Part shown: positions 21,107-30,586 of the stretch, in pieces
How positions within the stretch are numbered: the first letter of the stretch is position 1
How the letters are laid out: each line of letters opens with the position of its first letter
Assembly (NCBI GenBank): GCA_963674965.2
Contig: CAXXFL010000002.1
Location: forward strand, 416,001 to 480,000
DNA from: a bacterium
GTDB taxonomy: Bacteria > RBG-13-61-14 > DATKZS01
Direction of reading: 5' to 3'
Length of the DNA stretch: 64,000 nt
The notes under the pieces: generated by a model
Databases searched by the model: none
What the model was told of the DNA's origin: nothing
The model's input: only the letters and a program-made list of their open reading frames with translations
Position numbers and translations under genes: made by a program

Positions 21107-21736
21107 ATGCGGAGGCGAGTAATGACGAGGCGGAAGACGAACAAGGACGCGGAAGGCGGCGCATTTTTTCGCTGGGGGATCGTGGTCGCTTTTTTCCTGC
21201 TTTTCACGGTGGGAACGGGATGGTGGATTTTCGCAAGCGGGTCCGAGTCCAAAACCAGGAAGGCCATACTGGCCAAGGCCTCGGTTTTCGTGGACCGGAT
21301 TGACGAGTTGAGCGAGGCTTGGGCCTCGAGGAAAACTTCCCGGCCCGGATCGGAAAAGAAGGGCGATGAGCTAACTCCGGACGATAGGGAGCCGGCAATA
21401 AAACCGTCCCCCAGGAAAGCTGAGACGGGACCGGTGGACCCGTCGCCAGAACCGGGCTACGACAACGGAAAGCTAAAGCAAATACTGGCGGAGAAAAACC
21501 CGGCCGATGATCGGCCAAAGCCCGAGGTTTCCGCCGTGCCTTCCTTGGCGGAGCCCAAAAAGGCGGCGCCCGAGAAACCGAAGCCGGCCAAGCCGCCTAA
21601 AACGATCGAAGAAGCCCTGGCGGAGGAGGAATCGGCTCCGCGCCCAGTCGCGGCTCCCCCAGGCGGAGACAACGCCGAGATAACCAACGTCGACAAGCGC
21701 GAGCTTCAGGACATATTCAGGAACCTCGGCGAATGA
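21107..21736 (+). CDS. hypothetical membrane-anchored Pro/Lys/Glu-rich protein
   Basis: single N-terminal TM helix followed by a low-complexity linker. Confidence 0.65.
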   Translation: MRRRVMTRRKTNKDAEGGAFFRWGIVVAFFLLFTVGTGWWIFASGSESKTRKAILAKASVFVDRIDELSEAWASRKTSRPGSEKKGDELTPDDREPAIKPSPRKAETGPVDPSPEPGYDNGKLKQILAEKNPADDRPKPEVSAVPSLAEPKKAAPEKPKPAKPPKTIEEALAEEESAPRPVAAPPGGDNAEITNVDKRELQDIFRNLGE

Positions 21737-21763
21737 GGGCCTCCACATATCTGGAAAGGCGCG

Positions 21764-22306
21764 ATGAACGTAAATCGGTTCTTTATTTATCTCGCGATCG
21801 GAATAACCTGTACCGTCCTCCTAATGGTCTACTGGCGGGAGGCCGCCTACTATCTTGGCGTTATGGACCGTCCCTACGCGGATTTCAGCGACGAGCGCCT
21901 TGAGGCCGAGCTGGCCGCGGGGCGCTCTCAACTGGCTCAGGCGGGGCGGGCGCTTTCGTCGCTGGACTCGAGCCGAGGCGAGCCCGGTTCGGGTCTTAGC
22001 CGGGCGGACGCTATGAGCAAATCGGGAGATATAATCGACCATCTTAATCAACTAAGACAGGAAAAAGCTTTTCGCGAAAGGCGTTCTCGTCACGTCTATA
22101 TTCTCGGGTTCGTGGTTTGCCTGGTGGTGTTTCTCGATATTGTCCGTAGGGTAATACTTCTTCGAGACCCGAGGGAAAAGCGAAGACTGAGGACCAGGAA
22201 GGCCCTCGCCGTCGAGCTCGAGGCGGCCAAGGAAGTCAAGCCCAGCGTGGAACAGTATCCTGAAATCGGCGGCCCCCAGGACAATGGTAGAGATAGGACC
22301 CTTTAG
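21764..22306 (+). CDS. hypothetical membrane protein (two TM helices)
   Basis: two hydrophobic segments flanking a helical loop; follows the previous gene by 27 bp. Confidence 0.6.
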   Translation: MNVNRFFIYLAIGITCTVLLMVYWREAAYYLGVMDRPYADFSDERLEAELAAGRSQLAQAGRALSSLDSSRGEPGSGLSRADAMSKSGDIIDHLNQLRQEKAFRERRSRHVYILGFVVCLVVFLDIVRRVILLRDPREKRRLRTRKALAVELEAAKEVKPSVEQYPEIGGPQDNGRDRTL

Positions 22307-23187
22307 CGCCTTTCTTTTTCCGTATCACGCCGGCGACGGACTCTTCTTTTTTGCATGGCCTTGATCTGGGGCAGGAACAGGCCGTAGGCGCCGTAAAGCG
22401 CCAACTCTCCCACGCCCTTTACGTCCAGCGCCTCTCGGGCCAGTCTCCATGAGGGCTTCATGGCCCTGGCGAAGTTCTCGTAAACCTCCTCGATGGCGTC
22501 GTCCGTTCCCTCCTCGACGACCCGTCGCGCCGTCATGGCCATCCCGCTCGCGATCTTGTCCACGGCCAGCCTGCCCTTTTCCTTGTCCGCCTCGTCGCGA
22601 GGGTCCTTTCCCATGATTCCCATTCTCACCATGCGCTGGAGCGCGTTGAGCCCGGGCTCGAGGGTTTCCAGGTCGATAAGCTCGGGCCTTATGGCCAGCA
22701 TAAGCGAGGTCTCCCACATGCCGGCGTGGTCCCCAAAGTAGCCCATGTCCGCGGCCAGGGCCTGCTCGGGAATTCCCATGGCGAAGGCCGTCCCTTTTTT
22801 ATTGAAGCGCCTGCTCTCCCTCCGCAGCATCCTGACCTGAGTGGGAGGGTAATGGCCGGTTAGCATGATTATCACCTTGAATCCCCACTCCTCGAGCTGG
22901 ACCATGGTCCGCCTGATCATGTCTTTTATGCCCCTCCTTTTATAATGGAGAGTAAAGGGAAAGGGCATGGTGTCGAAAGCGCCCCAAAAGACGGGGGGAA
23001 AAACCACGCCGCCGCTCCTTTCGGCCGCGGCCTGGCAAAGGGCCTCGGCCTTGATGCCGTCCAGCCCGAGCGGCCCGTGCTCGCCGTGCCACTCGAGGGC
23101 TCCGATCGGGACGTAGGCGATGGGCGACTCCTTTATCGCCGCCTGAAGCTGGGCCGGGCGGCACTCGATATATTTGACGTAATTCAT
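22303..23187 (-). CDS. creatininase/creatinine amidohydrolase family protein
   Basis: PIGALEWHGEHGPLGLD, TGHY, DHAGMWETS; start moved to MNYVKY. Confidence 0.88.
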   Translation of the reverse strand: MNYVKYIECRPAQLQAAIKESPIAYVPIGALEWHGEHGPLGLDGIKAEALCQAAAERSGGVVFPPVFWGAFDTMPFPFTLHYKRRGIKDMIRRTMVQLEEWGFKVIIMLTGHYPPTQVRMLRRESRRFNKKGTAFAMGIPEQALAADMGYFGDHAGMWETSLMLAIRPELIDLETLEPGLNALQRMVRMGIMGKDPRDEADKEKGRLAVDKIASGMAMTARRVVEEGTDDAIEEVYENFARAMKPSWRLAREALDVKGVGELALYGAYGLFLPQIKAMQKRRVRRRRDTEKERR

Positions 23188-23282
23188 CTTATGACCCCCA
23201 ATCATGGGGATACCTGAAAGGGCGTGTCTTGTCAATTCGTACTCGATGATTTACATCGCGAAGCGGATGGCGGCAAGGAGCG

Positions 23283-23780
23283 TCAGCCGAGCTTCTTGAT
23301 CATGTGGTACTCGCGCTCGTAAAGGCCTGCCGAGCGGTAAAGGGCGAGGGCCTTCTCGTTGTCGAAATCCACCATCAGGTCCATGCACTCGAGACCCATC
23401 CCCCTGAAGGCGGTCTCCAGTGTCTCGAGAAGGTCCCGGCCCGCTCCCTTTCCCCGGTGGGCCGCTTCGACGACCAACTCGTCGACTCTTCCCGTTTTAT
23501 CCGTCCTCATTATTCCCGGGCGCTTCATGACCCAGCCGTGGATAAATCCGATTATCTTGCCGTCCCTTTCCGCCACCAGATGGAAGTGATCGGGGTCTTG
23601 CAAGAGGGATGATTTGTAGGCGCGGTAATCTTCCTTGACTTCCCGTTCCGAGTGGAGTCCCCAGAAGAAGCCGTCTCTTTCCGCGTGTTCCGAGCTAAGT
23701 TGCCACCAGACGCCGACCAGGGCGTCAAGGTCGGAAGGCAGGGCGGGCCTTATAATGAAGTCTTTGCCCCCATCGGTCAT
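23283..23780 (-). CDS. GNAT family N-acetyltransferase
   Basis: IRPA...D, LVV..AHRGKGAG..LL, N..ALALY...G. Confidence 0.88.
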   Translation of the reverse strand: MTDGGKDFIIRPALPSDLDALVGVWWQLSSEHAERDGFFWGLHSEREVKEDYRAYKSSLLQDPDHFHLVAERDGKIIGFIHGWVMKRPGIMRTDKTGRVDELVVEAAHRGKGAGRDLLETLETAFRGMGLECMDLMVDFDNEKALALYRSAGLYEREYHMIKKLG

Positions 23781-23803
23781 AATCTTTTCTTTCTCCCGGG
23801 TCT

Positions 23804-24802
23804 TTAGAGAATGCCCTCGAGGTATCCCTCGCTCTCGAACCACTGGATGGACCTTTTCAACGAATCCTCGATTGGCGTAAGCTCGAGTCCGAGTTTTTCC
23901 CTGGCCTTGGAAACGTCGAAGAAAAGTTTCTGGGCCAGGTAAGGGGCCTCCTTCGAGGTAAGAAGGGGAGGCTGCCCTCGCCAGTCGGCGATCTTTTCCA
24001 TAAGCCAGCCGGCGGCGGGGATGGGAAACACGGGCAGCGGGACCCGTTTGATGTTTTTGCCCGATACCTTTCCCACCAGGTCGAAGAATTCCTTGACCGT
24101 CACGTTCCTGTTGCCGAGGACGTACTTCTCTCCGATCTCTCCCTTTTCCGCCGCCAGTACGTGTCCCCTGGCCACGTCCATCACGTCCACTATATTCATG
24201 CCGCCTTCAAAGTAAAAGGGGTAGAGGCCGTTTAAGGCGTCCATTATCAGTTTGCCGGTCGGCGTGGGCGCCCTGTCTCCCACCCCGAAGGGAAAGCAGG
24301 GATTCACGCATACCAGGGGCAGTCCCTCCCGGGCGAAGGTAAGGGCCTCCTCCTGGGACAGCCACTTGGTGAGCACGTAGTCGTTGGCGTTCTTGATCTG
24401 GTTGAAAGGCACGTCCTCGTTGGAAAGCTCGTCTCCGGGCTTGAGGCCCAGGGCCGCGATCGAGCTGGTGTATACGACCTTCTCTACCCCTGCGCGGCGG
24501 GCGGCCCATAAGATATTCCGCGACCCCTGGAGGTTGACGCGGTATATCTTGTGACGGTCGGGAAGCCAGATGGCGTAGATGGCGGCCAGATGAAACAACG
24601 CGTCCACGCCCTTTAGCGCCTTATCAAGGGAAGGTGGGTCAAGAAGGTCCGCCTCGATCCTTTCGACGTCGGCCCCCTCCAGGTTTTTTTCATCCTCGCC
24701 GGGAAGCACCATGGCCCTGACCTCGACCCCGTCGGCCAAAAGTACCCTGACGACGTTCGATCCGATAAATCCGGCGGCCCCCGTAACCAGCGCCTTTTTC
24801 AT
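23804..24802 (-). CDS. NAD-dependent epimerase/dehydratase (HpnA/dihydroflavonol reductase-like extended SDR)
   Basis: TGAAGFIGS, FHLAA, YTSS, YVLTK (YxxxK), PTPTG, VDV.DVARGH..A. Confidence 0.9.
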   Translation of the reverse strand: MKKALVTGAAGFIGSNVVRVLLADGVEVRAMVLPGEDEKNLEGADVERIEADLLDPPSLDKALKGVDALFHLAAIYAIWLPDRHKIYRVNLQGSRNILWAARRAGVEKVVYTSSIAALGLKPGDELSNEDVPFNQIKNANDYVLTKWLSQEEALTFAREGLPLVCVNPCFPFGVGDRAPTPTGKLIMDALNGLYPFYFEGGMNIVDVMDVARGHVLAAEKGEIGEKYVLGNRNVTVKEFFDLVGKVSGKNIKRVPLPVFPIPAAGWLMEKIADWRGQPPLLTSKEAPYLAQKLFFDVSKAREKLGLELTPIEDSLKRSIQWFESEGYLEGIL

Positions 24803-24910
24803 TTGCTACCCCCGGCTTTCAATCTTTTTGGCAAAGTACCATGAAATACTTTGGCGTTCGTCGCTTGTCGTGGGCGAATTGACAACGGCCTCAACCGCGC
24901 TTTTCCCCTT

Positions 24911-25336
24911 CTAATATGCCATAAAGAAAAAGTAAGTGGTTATAAGAAAAAGCGGTCCGTCGGTCAGCGCTCCGACCAGGTACGCGAAATAAGGTTTGGA
25001 TTTCATAAACAGGCGGAGGTATTGCAGGCTGGAGGCGGCCTTCGAGAAAAGGATGATCAGCACGATCTCATGATATCGTTCAACGTCCGCGGCCACGAAG
25101 ACGCAGGTGGCCACCAGCATGACCATCATCGAGTTGGTAAGGACCAGCCAGAATTTTTCCGACGATAGTGGAATGAGAGGAAATTTATCTTTAAACAGGA
25201 GCTTGGACGCCCCGTTTATGGACTCGAGAAGCGCGTTCTGAAAAAAGGCGAAGACCAATAGAGCGCCGCCGTACATGACGGCGGAAACGATCATCCAGGT
25301 CCTCAGGTTATCCATGGCCGGGGTAAGGTTGTCCAT
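24911..25336 (-). CDS. hypothetical 4-TM membrane protein
   Basis: AGGAG RBS; hydrophobic helices; SSEKFWLVL. Confidence 0.7.
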   Translation of the reverse strand: MDNLTPAMDNLRTWMIVSAVMYGGALLVFAFFQNALLESINGASKLLFKDKFPLIPLSSEKFWLVLTNSMMVMLVATCVFVAADVERYHEIVLIILFSKAASSLQYLRLFMKSKPYFAYLVGALTDGPLFLITTYFFFMAY

Positions 25337-25408
25337 TTATAAGTCTCCTTTGAGATATCGAGTTGAGCCGTGAAAGCAAAACGCAAAAAAAAAACAGGGT
25401 CCAATCCG

Positions 25409-25645
25409 TCAGTCTTCCTCGACCATTGGCCTTATCTTGCTCGGGTCCGGTCTTTCTCTCATGCCCAGCATCTTGATTTCCTCCCCCATCAGCTTCAGGT
25501 CGTTCTCCATGACCGACACCTGGTATTGCAACAGGCGAATGGCCCGGCTCATGAGGGCCATGGCGTAGAGCATCACTAAAAGCGATAGGGTCAGGATAAC
25601 GGTGAATCCCAGGTCCGCCCCGGATATAATATCAACCCATTCCAT
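25409..25645 (-). CDS. small membrane protein with coiled coil
   Basis: AGGAG RBS; one TM helix then a heptad-like segment. Confidence 0.6.
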   Translation of the reverse strand: MEWVDIISGADLGFTVILTLSLLVMLYAMALMSRAIRLLQYQVSVMENDLKLMGEEIKMLGMRERPDPSKIRPMVEED

Positions 25646-25949
25646 TTAAATCTCCTTGCCGTTCGTGATAGGGCGATTTTAGTAAGTAAACCGCCATTAT
25701 GCAAGAGCGCTTTCGACGTTTGCCAAGTAAAGTCTCGATGGACGCCGTGGCCGCCGCGGGGCGGCGTTTGTTTGAACTGCCGCGAGCGAAGTGGTAAATT
25801 CAATTGCCATGGGAGGCGGCGGGATTTTCAGGTCCGCGCCCGGGAAATTATCTCGCGGAAAAAATCCTTTATGTCTCCCTGAGCATCCAAACGCGAAGGG
25901 GCGCTTTGAAACCTTTGATGTTTCCGGGCGTTTACATAAGAGAGGGACC

Positions 25950-27098
25950 ATGGGATTCGACAAGTATTTTACGGAGGAGCACAATATTTTTCGGCGTCAG
26001 ATACGAAACTTCGCCGAGAAGGAGTTGGCCCCTCACGCCGAGGAATGGGAGAGGGCGGGGATATTTCCCCGCGAGGTCTTCAAGAAGCTGGGCGACCTTG
26101 GGGCCCTGGGACTTCGCTATCCCGAGGAATACGGGGGCACGGAGGCTGATTACTGGTACACGGTCGCGCTCCATGAGGAGATGGTCAGAAGCGACAGCGC
26201 CGGGGTGTCCCTGGCCGTCATGGTCCAGACCGACATGGCCACGCCCGCCCTGGCGGCTCACGGCACGCCCGAGCAAAAGGAGGAGTTCCTGGCCCCGGCC
26301 ATACGGGGAGACAAGATCGGGGCCATTTGCGTCACCGAGCCGGGAGCGGGGTCCGACGTCAAGGCCATTCGCACCCGGGCCGTCAAGGACAATGATCACT
26401 ATATTATTAATGGCTCAAAGACGTTCATTACCAACGGGACCCGGGCCGACTGGCTCACGCTCGCGGCCAAGACCGACCCCGAGGCGGGCTACGGAGGCTT
26501 GTCTCTGTTCCTGTTCCCCACCGACGTCCCGGGCTTTTCCGTGACCAGGAAGCTGGACAAACTCGGACATCGGGCCTCGGACACGGCGGAGTTGTCCTTT
26601 CAGGACTGCCGCGTGCATAAAAAATACCTGCTTGGAGAAGAGAATAAAGGCTTCTATTATATAATGGAAGGATTTCAGTACGAGCGGCTGGCGGCCGTTA
26701 TCGGCATACTGGCGGACGCGTATATTAATTTTAGTAACACCTTTGACTACTGCCGGGAACGCGAGGTGTTTGGAAAGCCGATAAGCCGCCATCAGGCGAA
26801 CGCTCACCTGATCGCGGACCTGGCCACGCAACTGGAGGCGGCCAAGGCCCTGACTTACCATTGCGCGGACATGATAAACCGCGGCGAGAACGCGATCCGG
26901 GAGGTTTCGATGTGCAAGCTCTTCGTGGGCGAGACGGTGCAGCGGGTTACCGACCGCTGCCTGCAGCTCCACGGGGGGTACGGCTACGTGGAGGAATACC
27001 GTATCTGTCGTTCCTATCGGGACGTAAGGTTGTCAACCATTGGCGGCGGAAGCTCGGAGGTAATGAGGGACATAATATTCAGGATGATGAACGGGTGA
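25950..27098 (+). CDS. acyl-CoA dehydrogenase (long-chain/LCAD-like)
   Basis: FTEEH..FR, TEPGAGSD, NGSKTFITNG, KLG.RASDTAEL.F, QLHGGYGY, IGGGSSE. Confidence 0.93.
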   Translation: MGFDKYFTEEHNIFRRQIRNFAEKELAPHAEEWERAGIFPREVFKKLGDLGALGLRYPEEYGGTEADYWYTVALHEEMVRSDSAGVSLAVMVQTDMATPALAAHGTPEQKEEFLAPAIRGDKIGAICVTEPGAGSDVKAIRTRAVKDNDHYIINGSKTFITNGTRADWLTLAAKTDPEAGYGGLSLFLFPTDVPGFSVTRKLDKLGHRASDTAELSFQDCRVHKKYLLGEENKGFYYIMEGFQYERLAAVIGILADAYINFSNTFDYCREREVFGKPISRHQANAHLIADLATQLEAAKALTYHCADMINRGENAIREVSMCKLFVGETVQRVTDRCLQLHGGYGYVEEYRICRSYRDVRLSTIGGGSSEVMRDIIFRMMNG

Positions 27099-27171
27099 CG
27101 GCCTCATTAATAACGGGCGGTGGACAAGAGATTAACTCCGCCTATTACGACGGGAAACTGGAAGGTAGCGA

Positions 27172-28488
27172 ATGGCGTATAGAGCGATAGTAATTGTGAT
27201 CTCGATGGTTATAATCGGGCTTATGGGAGCGGCTTGTCCCGAGACCGCGTCGGACCCGGACCTTAAGTCGGGAAAAAGCGGCTCGCCCGGGATTCAAAAA
27301 CGCATCGAGAAGCTGGAGATGCAGTACGGGATTATTTTAAAGGACGATCCGCCCGCGGCGGAGACGGAGGATTTCCGACGGGACCTGGCCCAGGCCAAGC
27401 TCCTTCTTTCCGAGGGCAAGACCAAGGAAAGCGACCTGCTCGTCGAGAAAGCCGAGGTATGGATGGACTCGTCCCGCCGGGAGTACTATAAACGGTCGAA
27501 GGACTCCATCTTGGCGGGAAACTCGCGGGAGACGGCCGATTCCCTTATGGCCAAGGCCCGGTCCTTCCAGGCCAAGGCCGAGAGTAAGAGGACGCTGGGT
27601 GATCAGTGGGCCTTCGAGCAATATAATATCGCGGCCACCGAGGAGGGAGAACTGGCCCTTCTGGCCGCCGAGCGAAGGCCTGAGAACGCCGAATCGGTAA
27701 TAGAGATGTTCCTGGAACTTGACGGTTATTACAGGACGGCGGGAAGGATAGCGGAGGCGGAAGCCTCCAAGGAAAGGGTGCAGAGCTATCTCAAGGAATC
27801 GCAAGCGACTATCTCGGAGATGATAGAATCGTGCGTCTCGGGCAGGACAAGGGGATGCGAGGAATCGACTCTTACCGGCAACCGCGAAGCTTACGAGAAT
27901 AAAAAACAGGAAATACTGGCTCTTAACGACGTTTATAACGGCATCGCCGACGCCGGCTCGGAATTCGATCCAGGGGCCCTTCCCTACAGAAGCATGGACC
28001 TCATAGTGGAGAAATGGTACCGCAACCTGGATTATTATTGGAACGTGGCCAGCCAGAGAGGCGTAAACCGTCATAACGACGATAAAAAGGACTGGTACGA
28101 GAAATGCCGCGTGGCTATGAAGGAACATGACGCCAAGTGGAAACGCGGATCGGAGCCCGCCTCGGGGACCGGTATTACCCTGCGCGAGACCGGCGCCTTC
28201 GTCCAGGGAGACGCGGTCGTTATCAGAGGGACCCTTCAGAACAATAAAACCGAGCCCATTGGAAAGCCCCGGGTGGTGGTGGTTGGCGGGTTGATGTCGA
28301 ACGATCTGTATCTGGGTTATGAAAAGTTCAACCCTCTTACCAGCACCAGCTTTTCTCTTAAAGTAGAATGTTTTCCGGCTGAGGCTTATAACGCCTCCGG
28401 CGGCAAACTGCCCGACCATGAACTTCTTTTGATTTTTACCGAGACCAACGGACTCGAGCGGAGAGTGGTGCAGCCCATCTCCAGGTAA
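27172..28488 (+). CDS. hypothetical (putative lipo)protein
   Basis: N-terminal hydrophobic stretch ending in GAAC; helical body, beta-rich C-terminal domain. Confidence 0.65.
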   Translation: MAYRAIVIVISMVIIGLMGAACPETASDPDLKSGKSGSPGIQKRIEKLEMQYGIILKDDPPAAETEDFRRDLAQAKLLLSEGKTKESDLLVEKAEVWMDSSRREYYKRSKDSILAGNSRETADSLMAKARSFQAKAESKRTLGDQWAFEQYNIAATEEGELALLAAERRPENAESVIEMFLELDGYYRTAGRIAEAEASKERVQSYLKESQATISEMIESCVSGRTRGCEESTLTGNREAYENKKQEILALNDVYNGIADAGSEFDPGALPYRSMDLIVEKWYRNLDYYWNVASQRGVNRHNDDKKDWYEKCRVAMKEHDAKWKRGSEPASGTGITLRETGAFVQGDAVVIRGTLQNNKTEPIGKPRVVVVGGLMSNDLYLGYEKFNPLTSTSFSLKVECFPAEAYNASGGKLPDHELLLIFTETNGLERRVVQPISR

Positions 28489-28515
28489 TGAATGAGCGAC
28501 AAATTGGAGGATTGG

Positions 28516-29064
28516 ATGGACGTTCACGAGTGTATTAAGCAAAGGCGCAGCATCAGGAAGTATGAAGACAAGCCAGTACCGGCCCAAGCGCTGACCAGGA
28601 TACTGGAGGCCGTGCAATGGTCCCCATCCTGGGTCAATCTCCAGGTCTGGGAGGTGATCGTGGTGGACGACCCGGAGATCAAGGCCGCCCTGCAGGAGGC
28701 CGTGCCCGAGGCCAATCCGGGCAGGAAAGCCGTCACCATGGCTCCCATCGTTCTGGCCGTGTGCGGACGACAGGGAAAGTCGGGATTCTACGGGGATAAA
28801 AAGGCAACGGTCTATGGAGACTGGGTTATGTTCGATATCGGCATCGCCTGCCAAAACGTTTGTCTGGCCGCCAGAGCGGAGGGTCTGGGTACCCTGCATC
28901 TTGGTCTTCTCGACCATGAGAAAGCGGGCAAAGCGCTGGGCCTTCCCGACGACGTCAAGCTCTATGAGCTTATTCCCCTGGGATATCCGGCCAAAGAGGG
29001 AAAAGCGCCGCCCAGGCGTAAAATAGAGGAGTTCACCCACAAGAACGGTTTCGGTAAAAGCTGA
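28516..29064 (+). CDS. nitroreductase family protein
   Basis: RRSIRKY, SPSW.NLQ.W, DIGIA.QN..LAA...GLGT, PLGYP; GGAGG RBS before ATG 28516. Confidence 0.92.
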   Translation: MDVHECIKQRRSIRKYEDKPVPAQALTRILEAVQWSPSWVNLQVWEVIVVDDPEIKAALQEAVPEANPGRKAVTMAPIVLAVCGRQGKSGFYGDKKATVYGDWVMFDIGIACQNVCLAARAEGLGTLHLGLLDHEKAGKALGLPDDVKLYELIPLGYPAKEGKAPPRRKIEEFTHKNGFGKS

Positions 29065-29310
29065 TATCCGGTTGAAACGAAAAGGCAATTCAAGGCGCCT
29101 TCGCGATATCGATAGGTCCTTTCAAGCGTCTTGTCCCAAAATCATCGTCTTGTCGCGTTGAAAACGGGGTCGAGTAAAGTTCGACTCCGCTTTTTGCCGT
29201 CTTCGGGAAAAAAGAGTCAAATGCTTTAAAATCGGTATAGTCATATCTCTCATTCAATGATTCCATTCGCTAACTTATAGATATTACAGGTTATTAATCC
29301 TTCCGTCCAT

Positions 29311-29326
29311 GGGCATGGAGATTGCT
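29311..29326 (+). promoter_or_regulatory. putative sigma-54 (-24/-12) promoter
   Basis: GGGCATGGAGATTGCT matches TGGCACG-N4-TTGCW with exact GG-N10-GC spacing; AT-rich tract upstream. Confidence 0.6.
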
Positions 29327-29350
29327 AAAAGTCCTGCAGGAGGGAGAAGC

Positions 29351-30514
29351 ATGAAGGGCCAATCAAGAGACGGACAGTTAGCGCCCGGCAGCGTCGCGTC
29401 GGCGCGCAAAGCCATGAAAACGGCGCTTTCCGCCGATCCAGGCTTATCCTCATCGGTCCTCGTGGTGGATGACGAGCGGCCTATCCTCTATGCCCTGAAG
29501 AGGATGCTTATGTCGGAGAATATCAGGGTCATTAGCGCTCAAAGCGCAAGGGAGGCCTTGAGCCTTCTCGAAACGGAGACCGTCGACGCGGCCATACTCG
29601 ATTATTGGATGCCTGAAAAGGACGGTCTTTGGCTTGCCCGCATGATAAAGTCCATGTACCCGAGCGTCGTTCGCGTCATGCTCACCGGCTGTATCGAGCT
29701 CGACGTCGTCCAGGACGCCTTGAAGCGAGGAGAAATTTATCGCTACCTGGTCAAGCCCTGGGACCAAAAGGAGCTTATCCGCACGATTAACCAGGCCGTT
29801 GAATTATCCAGGAACGGGTCTGAAAGCGACAAAAAATGCGACTCATCCATGGGGGACTACCCCATCACCCTGTTCGAGTCCATGTCCCGTGAGGACAAAA
29901 GGCGCGGCCTTGGAGGAGGACCGGTTAACGACCGTCTTCTGCAAATGTTTTCACTGGTCAAGGCCGTCGAGATGAGGGACCCCTACACGCTGGGCCATTC
30001 CTCCCGCGTGGCCACCCTGGCCAGATGGACCTCACAGAAACTCGACATGAGGGAAAAAGACAGATACGACCTGGAACTGGCCGCGCTGCTCCACGACGTG
30101 GGAAAGCTGTCCGTGCCCGACGCGGTCCTCTTCAAGCCTTCAAGGCTGGCCGGAGATGACATGGCCTCGATATTGCAGCACCCAGTTAACGGCGAGCATA
30201 TGCTCAAGGTACACGGGGCCGCTCGCGAGGTCCTGGAGATAGTTCGGGGACATCATGAGGATTTCGACGGAAAAGGATATCCCGACCGACTGGCCGGAAA
30301 AAATATTCCCCTCGGCGCCAGAATCGTAAGGATTACCGATACCTTCGACGCCATGTATCATAAAAGGCCTTATCGCGAGTCCAAAGATATCGCGGATATA
30401 ATAAAAGAAATTAATAAATGTAAAAACAGACAGTTCGATCCTGACCTGGCCGAATTGTTTATTTCCCTGGTTGAGAATAACCAAAAGGAACTAAAAGCAA
30501 CCTATAAATATTGA
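29351..30514 (+). CDS. response regulator with HD-GYP phosphodiesterase domain
   Basis: REC domain (VVDDE, LDYWMP, MLTG, KPW) plus YT.GHS.RV, LLHDVGK, HHEDFDGKGYP, D.FDAM...RPY. Confidence 0.92.
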   Translation: MKGQSRDGQLAPGSVASARKAMKTALSADPGLSSSVLVVDDERPILYALKRMLMSENIRVISAQSAREALSLLETETVDAAILDYWMPEKDGLWLARMIKSMYPSVVRVMLTGCIELDVVQDALKRGEIYRYLVKPWDQKELIRTINQAVELSRNGSESDKKCDSSMGDYPITLFESMSREDKRRGLGGGPVNDRLLQMFSLVKAVEMRDPYTLGHSSRVATLARWTSQKLDMREKDRYDLELAALLHDVGKLSVPDAVLFKPSRLAGDDMASILQHPVNGEHMLKVHGAAREVLEIVRGHHEDFDGKGYPDRLAGKNIPLGARIVRITDTFDAMYHKRPYRESKDIADIIKEINKCKNRQFDPDLAELFISLVENNQKELKATYKY

Positions 30515-30530
30515 CTCGCGATAATGGAGC

Positions 30531-30566
30531 GGGCGGGAACCAAGTGAGTTTGGTTCCCGCCCTTTT
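30531..30566 (+). terminator. intrinsic terminator between convergent genes
   Basis: 13-bp stem GGGCGGGAACCAA/TTGGTTCCCGCCC followed by TTTT. Confidence 0.75.
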
Positions 30567-30586
30567 CCTTTAACCGCAATAAGGCC

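Noticed and set aside
27337-29088. 583-aa minus-strand ORF
   Set aside because: Antisense shadow of the lipoprotein and nitroreductase genes; long stop-free reverse frames are common at this GC content
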